From: Planctomycetota bacterium
GTDB taxonomy: Bacteria; Planctomycetota; UBA1135; UBA2386
Length of the DNA: 64,000 nucleotides
Assembly: GCA_965223545.1 (NCBI GenBank)
Contig: OZ245006.1
Coordinates: forward strand, 4,032,001-4,096,000
Direction: 5' to 3'
Both the position numbers and the translations under genes were made by a program. Of this stretch, positions 9,624-19,468 are shown in pieces; the first letter of the stretch is position 1; every line of letters starts with the position of its first letter. The notes beneath the pieces are model-generated. The model ran no database searches, was not told the origin of the DNA, and saw only the letters and a list, made by a program, of their open reading frames with translations.

Positions 9624-11211
9624 CCATTCACACCCGGGGGTCTACATCGAAGAGATTCCCGATGGCGATCACCCCATTGCCGGCGTGACCACGTCGGCCT
9701 CCGCCTTCGTCGGCAACTTCTCACGGGGGCCCATGAACCGAGCGGTGCGGATCACCAGCTATTCCGCCTTCGAACGCGAGTTCGGCGGTCTGCGGCGCGA
9801 CAGCGAGGCCTCGTATGCGATCCGGCAGTACTATCACAACGGTGGCGATGTCGCTTGGGTCGTCCGCGTGGCTTCGGGAACGCCGTTGCGCGCGAGTCGT
9901 ACGTTCGCCGGCGCCAACAAATCCGCCTTTACCGCGAGGGCGAGCAGCGAGGGCCGCTGGGGCGATCGTGTGCAGGTCGGCATCACGCCGACCGCGGGCT
10001 CGACAGACCGCTTCGACCTGGCCGTGCGCGAGGTCGTGGACTCCGCGGCGGGCTTGCAGGTCGTGCATTCCGAGGCCTACGCGAGTGTGTCGATGACGCA
10101 GGATGACGCGCGCTACGTCCAGCGCGTGTTGGCGGCGAGCCGCTTGATCGACGTGTCCGTCGACAACCCCGGCGAGCTCCCGGTCGCGACGGGAACCGGG
10201 GATGTGACCAACGTGGCGAGCTTGAACGACCCCGACAGTGCGTCGTTCGTCGGACTGGCGGTGAGCGGCGGCACTGCCGGTGACGATGGCAACCCCCCCG
10301 ACGCTGCCGCGATCATCGGGAGGCCGCAGCCCGCCACGGGCATGCAGGCCCTTGGAGAGATTGGGCCGGCCGTCTTCAACGTTCTCTGTATTCCGGATGC
10401 GGCCCGGCTGCACGCGACCTCGGCAACTTCCTACCGCGACGTCGTGACCGCGGGAGAGGACCTCTGCCTCGCCCACCGCGCGTTCTTCGTGGTCGATCCC
10501 CCGGCAAGCGTCACCACCGCGGCAGCGATGTCCGGCTTCGCCAGCGGCGGCGACCTACCGCGGCACCGCAACGCCGCGGTCTACTGGCCACGGCTGGAGA
10601 TTCCCGATCCCCTCGACGAAGGCCGGCTGCGCAACGTCGGCGCGAGCGGGACGATCGCCGGTGGCATTGCGCGGACCGACGCTGCGCACGGCGTGTGGAA
10701 GGCGCCGGCGGGTCTGGAGTTCGGGCTGCGCGGTGCCAGCATCGCGACGGGCGTCGACGATCGCGGCAACGATGCTCTGAACCGGATCGCCGTCAACGTG
10801 CTGCGCACGTTTCCCTCCTATGGCGCGGTTTGCTGGGGGTCGCGCACGCTCGATGGCGCGGATACGCGAGCTTCCGATTGGAAGTACGTGCCGGTGCGGC
10901 GGACGGCGCTGTTCATCGAGCAATCGTTGCTGCACGGTCTGCGGTGGGTCGTGTTCGAGCCGAACGACGAGCAGCTATGGGCGCGGATTCGGCGCGGCGT
11001 CGGCACGTTCCTACAAGGCCTCTATCAACAGGGCGCCTTCCCCGGGTCCGCGCCGGGCCAGGCGTACTTCGTCCGGTGCGACTCGAGCACCACGACGCAG
11101 GCCGACATCGACCAAGGCATCGTCAACGTCGAGGTCGGCTTCGCGCCGCAGAGGCCTGCGGAGTTCGTGGTGATCAGAGTCCAACAGAGGGTCCTTCAAG
11201 ATCGGTCGTGA
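9616..11211 (+). CDS. Contractile phage-tail/eCIS sheath protein
   Basis: GTG start with GGAG RBS; PGVYIEE, AFVGNFSRGP, GVWKAPAG, WGSRTL, WKYVPVRRT, WVVFEPND, GFAPQRPAEFVV. Confidence 0.93.
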   Translation: MPSHSHPGVYIEEIPDGDHPIAGVTTSASAFVGNFSRGPMNRAVRITSYSAFEREFGGLRRDSEASYAIRQYYHNGGDVAWVVRVASGTPLRASRTFAGANKSAFTARASSEGRWGDRVQVGITPTAGSTDRFDLAVREVVDSAAGLQVVHSEAYASVSMTQDDARYVQRVLAASRLIDVSVDNPGELPVATGTGDVTNVASLNDPDSASFVGLAVSGGTAGDDGNPPDAAAIIGRPQPATGMQALGEIGPAVFNVLCIPDAARLHATSATSYRDVVTAGEDLCLAHRAFFVVDPPASVTTAAAMSGFASGGDLPRHRNAAVYWPRLEIPDPLDEGRLRNVGASGTIAGGIARTDAAHGVWKAPAGLEFGLRGASIATGVDDRGNDALNRIAVNVLRTFPSYGAVCWGSRTLDGADTRASDWKYVPVRRTALFIEQSLLHGLRWVVFEPNDEQLWARIRRGVGTFLQGLYQQGAFPGSAPGQAYFVRCDSSTTTQADIDQGIVNVEVGFAPQRPAEFVVIRVQQRVLQDRS

Positions 11212-11314
11212 GCCAAGTGGTCGAGTCGGGGAACGTCGGTTGGGAGCGTGACATGGACGTCACTTTGCCCTGAGCCGCGGGCGGGTCGGTCGCATACCGT
11301 GGGCCCGCCACCAA

Positions 11315-12124
11315 ATGCGAGACGGGCCTCCGACCTCCACCGCCGGTCCTTCGACCGGACGCACCCTGCTGCGCGCCGCCGTCCGCGTGGCCTGGGTGCG
11401 GTTGCGCGACGCGATCCGCGATCTCCTGCCGGTGTTCGTGGTCATCGGTGCGTTTCAGCTGTTGGTCGTGCGGCAGCCGCTGCCGGATCTCTTGGGAGTG
11501 CTCGGCGGCGTGGTCGCCGTGGTGGCGGGGTTGGCGTTGTTCGTGCACGGGCTCGAGCTGGCGCTGTTTCCGCTCGGTGAGTCGATGGCCGACGCGCTCG
11601 CGGCGAAGGGCAGTCTGGTGTGGCTGCTGGTGTTCGGCTTCGTGCTCGGCTTTGCGACGACGGTGGCCGAGCCGAGCTTGATCGCGGTCGCGGCAGAAGC
11701 GGCCGAGGTCGTCGGCGGGGTGGGGCTGATCGGGGGCGGAATGCCAGAACGCGACGGCTTCGCGCTGCAGCTTCGGCTCACGGTCGCGGTGTCGGTCGGT
11801 TTGGCCGTGGCGCTCGGCGTGCTGCGGATCGCGATGGGATGGCCGGTGCATCTGGTGGTCATCGCTGGCTATGCCGTCGTGATCGCCCTGACCCTGGTGG
11901 CGCCCGCCGAGGTCGTCGGCATCGCCTACGACTCCGGTGGCGTGACGACGTCGACGGTGACCGTGCCGCTGGTCACCGCACTCGGCGTCGGTCTGGCCTC
12001 GGCGATCCGCCGGCGCGATCCGATGATCGACGGCTTCGGCCTGATCGCGTTCGCGTCACTGCTGCCGATCATCTTCGTGCTGGGCTTCGGCATCGTCCGC
12101 TTCGGTCTGCAGGGGGGTGCGTGA
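11315..12124 (+). CDS. DUF1538 family membrane protein
   Basis: Multi-[44 protein letters not shown]. Confidence 0.88.
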   Translation: MRDGPPTSTAGPSTGRTLLRAAVRVAWVRLRDAIRDLLPVFVVIGAFQLLVVRQPLPDLLGVLGGVVAVVAGLALFVHGLELALFPLGESMADALAAKGSLVWLLVFGFVLGFATTVAEPSLIAVAAEAAEVVGGVGLIGGGMPERDGFALQLRLTVAVSVGLAVALGVLRIAMGWPVHLVVIAGYAVVIALTLVAPAEVVGIAYDSGGVTTSTVTVPLVTALGVGLASAIRRRDPMIDGFGLIAFASLLPIIFVLGFGIVRFGLQGGA

Positions 12125-12924
12125 TCGCGGTCGCCGACCTGCTGGCGACGCTGGTCGCTACCGGGCGCGATGTGGTGCCGATCGTCGCGGTGCTGGTCGT
12201 GTTCCAGGCGTTCGTGCTGCGCCAGCCGCTGCCGCACTTGCCCCGGCTGATCTTCGGCAGCATCTGCGTGCTGATCGGCCTGGCGCTGTTTCTGATCGGC
12301 CTCGAGTTGGCGTTGTTCCCCGTCGGTCGCGCGATGGCGCAGCAGCTGTCCGGCCCGCAGTTCGTGTTCGGCACCGACCACGCGCCGGCCGACGCCGCGT
12401 GGCACGCCTACCTGTGGGTCTACGCGTTCGCGGCGCTGCTGGGCATCGCGACCACGATTGCCGAGCCATCGCTGCTGGCGGTTGCGCTGAAAGCCGAGGC
12501 CGTGTCGCGCGGCAACCTGCGGCCGTGGCCGCTGCGCATCGCGGTCGCCCTCGGAGTGGGAGCGGGTGTGTTGCTCGGCACCTGGCGCATCGTCACTGGC
12601 ACGTCGTTGGTGCTGTGCATGGTGATCGGCTACGTCCTGGTGATCGTGCAGACCGCGTTCGCTCCGCGCAGCATCGTGCCGCTCGCCTACGACTCCGGCG
12701 GGGTGACCACCTCGACCGTCTCGGTGCCGATGATCACCGCCCTCGGGCTCGGTCTGGCGAGCACGGTGCCCGGTCGCAATCCCGCCATCGACGGCTTCGG
12801 CCTGATCGCGATGGCCTCTCTGTTCCCGATGATCACGGTGATGGGCTACGCCCAGCTCGTCGCCTTCCGTGCCGGCCGGCGTGCGCGCGCCTGGCGCCAA
12901 CTCGGCCCCCGACCCCGCGCATGA
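12121..12924 (+). CDS. DUF1538 family membrane protein (paralog)
   Basis: GTGA overlap; [42 protein letters not shown]. Confidence 0.88.
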   Translation: MIAVADLLATLVATGRDVVPIVAVLVVFQAFVLRQPLPHLPRLIFGSICVLIGLALFLIGLELALFPVGRAMAQQLSGPQFVFGTDHAPADAAWHAYLWVYAFAALLGIATTIAEPSLLAVALKAEAVSRGNLRPWPLRIAVALGVGAGVLLGTWRIVTGTSLVLCMVIGYVLVIVQTAFAPRSIVPLAYDSGGVTTSTVSVPMITALGLGLASTVPGRNPAIDGFGLIAMASLFPMITVMGYAQLVAFRAGRRARAWRQLGPRPRA

Positions 12925-12933
12925 GGACACCGC

Positions 12934-13290
12934 ATGCAGTTCCACCTCATCGTCTCCGCCGTCAAGCCGAACTACACCGATGCCGTCGTCGATGCCGCGA
13001 AGGCGGCCGGCGCGACGGGCGCGACGATCATCCCGGCGCGCGGCTCGGGTGTGCGCGAGGCAAAGACGTTCTTCTTCTTGGCCCTCGATGTGCAGTCGGA
13101 CGTGATCCTGTTCCTGTTGGCCGAGCCCCTGGTCGAGCCGGTACTGGACGCCATCAACCGCGCGGGGGAGTTCGACAAACCGGGCACCGGCATTGCCTTC
13201 GTCATCCCGGTCGAACGGACGATCGGTCTCGAGAGCCAGATCCGCAGTCTGGGAAAGGACGGTGCGGACGGAGAAGGCGGGCCGTCGTAG
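12934..13290 (+). CDS. PII-like signal transduction protein
   Basis: AAKAAGATGATIIPARGSG and KPGTGIAFVIPVE; GAGG RBS; typical DUF1538 neighbour. Confidence 0.87.
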   Translation: MQFHLIVSAVKPNYTDAVVDAAKAAGATGATIIPARGSGVREAKTFFFLALDVQSDVILFLLAEPLVEPVLDAINRAGEFDKPGTGIAFVIPVERTIGLESQIRSLGKDGADGEGGPS

Positions 13291-13344
13291 CCACCCGACA
13301 GGCCGGCGAGCGATTTCCGGTCACGGCGGAGCGCCTCGTGTCTC

Positions 13345-16248
13345 ATGGCCCGCACCGTGACCGGACCACGACGACCGACGGATGTGCGCGACCTGCTCGC
13401 CGAAGTCGCCTGGCTGCGGCGGCTCACGCGCGCGCTCACCGACGACGCGCTCGCCGCCGACGACCTGGCGCAGGACACGCTGGCCGCCGCCGTCGCCCAG
13501 CCACCCGGCCTGCACGGCGATCGGCTGCGCGCGTGGCTGCGGCGCGTCGCGCAGCGTCGCCGGTGGCGCGCGCAGGCGCGTGAGCGGCAGCGCTGCGCGG
13601 TCGAGCGCGCCGTGGCCCGGCCCGAGCGTGCCGCCGACGACCGCTTGGACGCGGCGCGGTGGCTGCACGACGCGGTCGCGGCGCTGCCCGAGCCGTACCG
13701 CACCGCGGTGACGCTGCGCTTCTTCGACGAGCTGTCGCCGCGGCAGCTGGCGCAGCGCCTCGGGATCTCGCCGGCGGCGGCGCGGCAGCGCGTGCACCGC
13801 GGTCTGGTGCTGTTGCGGCAACGCCTCGAGCGGCAGCCGCGCGGCGCCGAACGCCTCGCCGCGGCTCTTCTTCCCGCCCCCTTGCCCCTGCTGGCCATCA
13901 TGTCCGCGAAGCTCACCCTCCTCGGCCTGGGCGCCACCGCCGTGGCTGCAGCCGTTCTTCTCTCGCTGTGGTCGGGCGATGCCCCCGCTGCCTCGGCCCC
14001 CGAAACGCCGCCGGCGGCCGCAGGCGTGGCGGCGACCGCCGCCGCATCGGCGGCGCCTGCCGGTCCGGTGCGGCGCGCGCTCACCGACCGAGCGGCACCG
14101 ACCGCGACGGCAACCGCCGTTCTGCGCGTGCTCGGTCCGGCCGGCGCGCCGGCGCTGGGCGCGCGGGCGGCGTGGCGCGACGAGACGGGTGCACTGCACG
14201 CGCTGCCGCTCGCCACGGACACCGCCACCGCCCCACTGCCGCCGAACGCTCAGGGTTGCCGGCTCTATGCGGGCGCCCCGGGCTGCGTCACGACCTCCGC
14301 GCAGGTTCCGGCCCAACCCGCCGATGTCACGCTCCGGCTGGCGGCCGGCGCGACGGTGCGCGGCCGCGTGGTGGAGCGCGAGGGGCCGGCCGTCGACCTG
14401 CGCCTGCACATCGCGGCGGCCGCCGGCAACGTCGCGCGGGTCGAGGGCACGGCACTGCGCGCCGCCCTCGCCGAGCTCGGGCTCGCCGGCGTTCCCGACA
14501 CAGTGCTCACCGACGCGAGCGGTGCGTTCGTCATCGACGACGTGCCCAGCGATTGGCGTGGTGTGGTGCACGTGCCCAACACGCACGTCCTCTACCGCGT
14601 CGACGGCATCGCGGTCGAAGGCCTCGAACGCAGCACCCTGCACGCGCAAGGCGCATTGCGCGCGGGTGGCGACCACCTCTTGGAGACCCTGCGGCGACCG
14701 TGCGTGCGCGGCGTCGCGCAGCACCTCGGCAGCGGCGCGCCGTTCGTTGGCAAGCTGACGGCAACGCTTGTCGATCGCGACGACGCACAGGGCGGCGTGA
14801 TCTGGTTCGAGAACACCGACACAGCCGGGCACTTCGCGTTCGGCTTGCCGGTGCCGTTGACGGAGCTGCTGGACCCCACCGGCGTGCCGCCGCGCTTCGA
14901 CGCCGTGACGCTCGCGTTCCGCGGCGTCGCCGGCGGCCCGCTGACGTTCGATCTCGCCGGCCGGTCGATACCGATCGATCTCGGCGTCGTCGAGATCGGT
15001 GGCGTCGCGCGGGCGTTGCGCGTGCTCGACGCCGGCGGTGCCCCGTTGGCCGGTGCCGTGGTGGTCAGCGCTGGCGAGACCGCCACCACCGGCGAGGACG
15101 GCGCGGCGACGCTCGGCGTCGCTGCCGGCGGGGAGATCGAGGTCACCGCCGCCGGTCACGGTTGGCTGCGCGTCACCGTGCCGGTTGGGTCCGCGCCGTA
15201 CGAGGTGCGGCTGCCGGCTGCGCCGAGTCTGCGGCTCAGCGCCGGTGACCCCGACGCGCGGCTGGTGGTGCGCTGGAAGAGATCGCCGTTCTGCCTTCCC
15301 GAGCGGCCGACGGCGCCGTTCGCGTTTCAGCGGAGCCGCGGCGACAGCCCCTCGCTGACGTGGAGCGCGGACGGCGCCGGCGCGTGGACCATGCGCCCCG
15401 GCCTGCTGGTCGGCTTGGTCCCGGGCGCGGTGCTCGAGGCCGGCGTCGCCGACCTACTGGGCACGCCGCTCGGGTTGCGCACCTTGGTGGTCCCCGCCGC
15501 CGCGGGGGTGCACGACGTGGCGCTACCGGACGCCGCCGGCCACGTGCTCACGATCACGGTGACCGGCTCCGACGCAGTCCCCCTTGCCGACGCCGCTGTG
15601 TTCTTCGGCAACGCGACGCGCGGCCGTTCGCTGCGCACCGACGCCACCGGTCAGGTCGCGATTGCGCCGTTGGCCGCGGGCCGATTGCGGGGCTACGTGC
15701 AGGCCCGCGGGTACGTCCCGCACCACTTCTCGGTCGACCTCACCGCCGACCGCGCGCTGCGCATCGAGCTCTTGCCGGCGCACGCGCTCGCGGTGCGCGT
15801 GGTCGACAGCCGCGGCAAGGTGTGGACGCCGGCGAAGGTCGAGGTGCAAAGCCCGGACGGGACTCCGTACCAGCTCGAGGCGCTGCCGCCGCGACCCCTC
15901 ACGGTGCGCGCGAGGTTGGGCACGCGGAGCTACGAGATCGCCGTCGGCCCGCAGCAGACCGAAGTGACGCTTGCCGTGCCGGCGCACGGCGCGCTGCGCA
16001 TCGTCGGCGGGGAGAACGACGGCGGCGGCCGGCTGACGGCGACGATCGAAGCCGAGGACGGCCGAAGAGCCGTGGTGACCGCTGCCGCTGACGGCGGCTT
16101 GATGGTGCCACTATTGCCCGGCCGCTACCGGCTGCGGCTGGAGCGGGTGCGCGGCGGCGCGTTCGGCGTCCCCCGTACCGCCGACGTGGTGCTGGAGCGA
16201 ACCGTCGAGATCCGCGCCGGGGAGACCTTGCGCCTCGCCGCGGAATAG
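13345..16248 (+). CDS. ECF sigma factor with TM helix and carboxypeptidase-regulatory-like extracytoplasmic repeats
   Basis: Sigma2 (ADDLAQDT, LRAWLRRVA), sigma4 (LPEPYRTAVTLRFFDELSPRQLAQRLGIS), TM LTLLGLGATAVAAAVLLSLW, repeats TDASGAF/TDTAGHF/TDATGQ. Confidence 0.85.
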   Translation: MARTVTGPRRPTDVRDLLAEVAWLRRLTRALTDDALAADDLAQDTLAAAVAQPPGLHGDRLRAWLRRVAQRRRWRAQARERQRCAVERAVARPERAADDRLDAARWLHDAVAALPEPYRTAVTLRFFDELSPRQLAQRLGISPAAARQRVHRGLVLLRQRLERQPRGAERLAAALLPAPLPLLAIMSAKLTLLGLGATAVAAAVLLSLWSGDAPAASAPETPPAAAGVAATAAASAAPAGPVRRALTDRAAPTATATAVLRVLGPAGAPALGARAAWRDETGALHALPLATDTATAPLPPNAQGCRLYAGAPGCVTTSAQVPAQPADVTLRLAAGATVRGRVVEREGPAVDLRLHIAAAAGNVARVEGTALRAALAELGLAGVPDTVLTDASGAFVIDDVPSDWRGVVHVPNTHVLYRVDGIAVEGLERSTLHAQGALRAGGDHLLETLRRPCVRGVAQHLGSGAPFVGKLTATLVDRDDAQGGVIWFENTDTAGHFAFGLPVPLTELLDPTGVPPRFDAVTLAFRGVAGGPLTFDLAGRSIPIDLGVVEIGGVARALRVLDAGGAPLAGAVVVSAGETATTGEDGAATLGVAAGGEIEVTAAGHGWLRVTVPVGSAPYEVRLPAAPSLRLSAGDPDARLVVRWKRSPFCLPERPTAPFAFQRSRGDSPSLTWSADGAGAWTMRPGLLVGLVPGAVLEAGVADLLGTPLGLRTLVVPAAAGVHDVALPDAAGHVLTITVTGSDAVPLADAAVFFGNATRGRSLRTDATGQVAIAPLAAGRLRGYVQARGYVPHHFSVDLTADRALRIELLPAHALAVRVVDSRGKVWTPAKVEVQSPDGTPYQLEALPPRPLTVRARLGTRSYEIAVGPQQTEVTLAVPAHGALRIVGGENDGGGRLTATIEAEDGRRAVVTAAADGGLMVPLLPGRYRLRLERVRGGAFGVPRTADVVLERTVEIRAGETLRLAAE

Positions 16249-16281
16249 CGATTGCGGGGCGCCGCGCGCCGCGGGCGAGCT

Positions 16282-16296
16282 TGGCATGACGCTTGC
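16282..16296 (+). promoter_or_regulatory. Putative sigma54 (-24/-12) promoter
   Basis: TGGCATGACGCTTGC vs consensus TGGCACG-N4-TTGC, exact GG-N10-GC spacing, intergenic. Confidence 0.6.
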
Positions 16297-16309
16297 GAGG
16301 GTGTCGGAG

Positions 16310-16933
16310 ATGAGACTCCTCCCGACGATCTGCCTCTTGGTCTTGGCGCCCACCACCGCCGCCCAGGGCTGGCACGGATCCTGGCACGGCGGGCATCACC
16401 GCGGCCATTGCGGGCCCGGCAGCTACGGCTACGCCCCGCAATACGGCATCGTGCCGTATTACGCGCCGGGCGGATTCAGCCCGGCCACGCTGCAGTACGC
16501 GTACGCCTCCAAGGAAGCGCGCTCGTACCTACTTTGGGCCAGTCGTACCGCCCAGATGAGCCAACGGCCGAATCTGCGGGTGTATCGCCAGCAGGTCACG
16601 GTGGGTGCGCGGCAGGGCACGGTGACCGGCGATGCCGCGGTGCCGGGTTCGGTTTGGGTCGCGGGCGTCGGATCCCTGGAGCGCGCGGCCAAAGCCGCGA
16701 AAGCAGACGGTGCTCAAGCGGCGACGCCGCGGCTGGCGTCTGCGGAGACCCCGGCAGCCCCCACCGTGCGGCGCATCGACGCGGCCAACGCGAAGCGGCT
16801 GCGCCGCGAATACCTGGCGCGGCAAGAGGCGAAGTCCTCGAGCAAGCCCGAGGTGCAGTCGCCGCGGCCCGTGGCGCCGCAGCAGAAGACGATGCCCCAA
16901 TTGGCGGGGCAGCGTGCGCGTTCGAGGCGGTAG
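16310..16933 (+). CDS. Hypothetical secreted protein (Gly/His/Tyr-rich N-terminus)
   Basis: Signal peptide MRLLPTICLLVLAPTTAAQ followed by GWHGSWHGGHHRGHCG. Confidence 0.65.
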   Translation: MRLLPTICLLVLAPTTAAQGWHGSWHGGHHRGHCGPGSYGYAPQYGIVPYYAPGGFSPATLQYAYASKEARSYLLWASRTAQMSQRPNLRVYRQQVTVGARQGTVTGDAAVPGSVWVAGVGSLERAAKAAKADGAQAATPRLASAETPAAPTVRRIDAANAKRLRREYLARQEAKSSSKPEVQSPRPVAPQQKTMPQLAGQRARSRR

Positions 16934-16969
16934 TCGCCAGCGTCGGTCGCCGGCGACCCCGCGTGGCTC

Positions 16970-17173
16970 TTAGAACATCGTGTAGATGAACGGAGCCGCG
17001 CCGGTCGAGCCCAAGACGAGGGCGACGCCGAGGATGCCGAACACGATCAGGAACGGCAGCAGCCACCATTTTGCGTTCTCCCGCATGAAGCCGAAGAACT
17101 CACTCACGAGGCCGCCGCTACCGGCTTCCGTCGCCTCGAGAAAGGACTGCTCGTTGTTTTCGTTGGTGGTCAT
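16970..17173 (-). CDS. DUF5989 (SxtK-like) small membrane protein
   Basis: KWWLLPFLIVFGILG...GAAPFIYTMF signature; context with SxtJ and carbamoyltransferase. Confidence 0.85.
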   Translation of the reverse strand: MTTNENNEQSFLEATEAGSGGLVSEFFGFMRENAKWWLLPFLIVFGILGVALVLGSTGAAPFIYTMF

Positions 17174-17197
17174 ATCGCGGTGGATGCAAGGGTCGCT

Positions 17198-17620
17198 TCA
17201 GTATAGCCGCAGGTAGCTCGCCGGGGTGCGCTGGGTCTCCCGCACGGTCCAGTAGGACTCGGCGGCGGGATCGGGTTTGCGGTGTAGGAGATCCCGGCCG
17301 GTGGCGCGGAACAGCAGACCGACGGGCGTGAACAGGCCGAAGTAGATCAGCGCCAGCAGCACGAACGAGATCACCATGCCGATCGGCAGGGCGATCAGCA
17401 TGAGCACGATGAAGACCGGCTTGATGACCGCGTCGAGTTTGGCGGCGGCGGCCAGGGCCATGGCGATGCCCAGCCCGAGGAAGATCCAGAACGCCGGATC
17501 CACCGGCAGCCAGCCGAACTTGTAGGTGAACAGCCAGCCGATCAGAGGAAAGCCGACGAGGGCGATCCAGCCGAACTGACGCAGCTGCGCGGCGGGCGGG
17601 TTGAAATCCATCTTGATCAT
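17198..17620 (-). CDS. SxtJ family membrane protein
   Basis: QLRQFG, LIYFGLFTPVGLLFRATGRDLL...SYW signature. Confidence 0.85.
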   Translation of the reverse strand: MIKMDFNPPAAQLRQFGWIALVGFPLIGWLFTYKFGWLPVDPAFWIFLGLGIAMALAAAAKLDAVIKPVFIVLMLIALPIGMVISFVLLALIYFGLFTPVGLLFRATGRDLLHRKPDPAAESYWTVRETQRTPASYLRLY

Positions 17621-17632
17621 GGCGCGGCTCCG

Positions 17633-19468
17633 TCAGTCCAGGGCGAACGACGACAGGTACTTCTCGCGGTCGATGACCGGCGCGTTCTTCTGCGCGTCAC
17701 GGCAGATGACGAAGTTCTCCAGCACCAGCACGTCCATCTCGGTGCCCCAGAAACAGCGCAGCGCATCGTTCGGCGTGCAGACGATCGGCTCGCCGCGGAT
17801 GTTGAAGCTGGTGTTGATCAGCACCGGGCAGCCGGTCTTCTCCTTGAACTTGCGCATCAGCGCCGCGAGCCGGGGATTGCGACTGTCGTCGACGGTCTGC
17901 AAACGCGCCGAGAAGTCGACGTGGGTGATCGCCGGCACCACCGAGCGGATCTGGTGCAACTTCTCCAGGCCCGACTTGTCGGCGTCGATCGGCTTGCGCT
18001 TCTCGTCGTTGACCGGCGCGACGATCAGCATGTACGGGCTGTTCTGGTCTTTGCGGATGCCGAAGTACTCGTGCGCATCTTCCTCGAGCACGATCGGCGC
18101 GAACGGCCGGAACGACTCGCGGAACTTGATCTTCAGGTTCATCACGCTCTGCATCTTCGGGGAGCGTGCGTCACCGATGATGCTGCGCGCACCCAGCGCG
18201 CGCGGGCCGAACTCCATCTGCCCGTGGAACCAACCGATCACGTTCTCGGTGGCGATCAGCTCGGCGACCCGATCGACGAGCTCGAACTCGTGCTCGTATT
18301 CCTCGAACTGGACGTCCTCGCTCTGCAGCATCGCTCGGATCTCGTCGTTCTCGAACTTCGGCCCGAGCAGGCTGCCGTATTGGCTGTCGAGCGCCGGCTG
18401 CACGTCGCGCGGGTTGTCCAGCAGCTGGTGCCAGATGAACTGCGCGGTGCCCAATGCGCCGCCCGCATCACCGGCGGCCGGCTGGATCCAGATCTTGTCG
18501 AACGGGCCTTCGCGCAGGATGCGGCCGTTGCCGACGCAGTTGAGCGCGACGCCGCCCGCCAGGCAGAGGTTGGACTTGCCGGTGACTTCGCGGGCGTGGC
18601 GCGTGGTGCGCAGCATCACCTCTTCCGTCACCGCTTGGATCGACGCCGCCATGTCCATGTGGAACTGGGTCAGATCGGTCTCCGGCCGGCGTGGATCGGC
18701 GCCGAACAGCGCGTGGAACTTCGGCGACGTCATCCGCAGGCCGGCGGCGTAGTCGAAGTACTGCATGTCGAGCCGATAGCTGCCGTCCTCTTTGAGGTCG
18801 ATCAGGTGGTCGAAGATCTTGTCGCGGTACTTGGGCTCGCCGTAGGGCGCCAGGCCCATCAGCTTGTACTCGCCGGAGTTGACCTTGAAGCCGCAGTAGT
18901 AGGTGAACGCCGTGTAGAGCAGGCCGAGCGAATGCGGGAAGCGGATCTCGCGCAGCATGCGCAGGTTGTGGCCCTCGCCGACGGCGATCGAGGTGGTCGC
19001 CCACTCACCGACGCCGTCCATGGTGAGCACCGCCGCGTCCTCGAACGGGCTCGGGAAGAACGCGCTCGCCGCGTGGCTCTCGTGGTGCTCGGTGAAGACG
19101 AACGGGTTCTTGGGCTTGCCGCCGAGCCCCTTCTTCAAGATGCGCGGGATGTGCAGCTTGTCCCTCAGCCACACCGGCAGCGCCTTGGTGAACGACGAGA
19201 ACCCCGACGGTGCGTAGGCGAGGTAGCTCTCCATCAACCGATCGAACTTCAGCAGCGGCTTGTCGTAGAAGCCGACGAAGTCGAGATCGGAGACCCCGAT
19301 GCCAGCGCGCTCCAGGCAGTACTCCACCGCCTTGGCGGGGAAGTCCGAGTCGTGCTTCTTGCGGGTGAAGCGCTCCTCCTGGACGGCCGCGACGATCTCG
19401 CCGTCGCGGAGCAGAGCGGCGGCCGAATCGTGGTAGAAGGCCGAGATTCCAAGGATGTGCGTCGCCAT
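17633..19468 (-). CDS. O-carbamoyltransferase (NodU/CmcH/SxtI family)
   Basis: ILGISAFYHDSAAAL, QEERFTRKKHD, HHESHAASAF, DGVGEW, EYKLMGLAPYG, GGVALNCVGNG, EFGPRALGARS, NTSFNIRGEPIV. Confidence 0.95.
   Translation of the reverse strand: MATHILGISAFYHDSAAALLRDGEIVAAVQEERFTRKKHDSDFPAKAVEYCLERAGIGVSDLDFVGFYDKPLLKFDRLMESYLAYAPSGFSSFTKALPVWLRDKLHIPRILKKGLGGKPKNPFVFTEHHESHAASAFFPSPFEDAAVLTMDGVGEWATTSIAVGEGHNLRMLREIRFPHSLGLLYTAFTYYCGFKVNSGEYKLMGLAPYGEPKYRDKIFDHLIDLKEDGSYRLDMQYFDYAAGLRMTSPKFHALFGADPRRPETDLTQFHMDMAASIQAVTEEVMLRTTRHAREVTGKSNLCLAGGVALNCVGNGRILREGPFDKIWIQPAAGDAGGALGTAQFIWHQLLDNPRDVQPALDSQYGSLLGPKFENDEIRAMLQSEDVQFEEYEHEFELVDRVAELIATENVIGWFHGQMEFGPRALGARSIIGDARSPKMQSVMNLKIKFRESFRPFAPIVLEEDAHEYFGIRKDQNSPYMLIVAPVNDEKRKPIDADKSGLEKLHQIRSVVPAITHVDFSARLQTVDDSRNPRLAALMRKFKEKTGCPVLINTSFNIRGEPIVCTPNDALRCFWGTEMDVLVLENFVICRDAQKNAPVIDREKYLSSFALD

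Noticed and set aside
9616..11211. Prophage or complete eCIS/T6SS locus
   Set aside because: Only the sheath is present; no tube, baseplate, capsid, terminase, integrase or tss genes in the window
16970..19468. Saxitoxin biosynthesis cluster
   Set aside because: SxtI/J/K-like trios are widespread; no sxtA, sxtG or other pathway genes here
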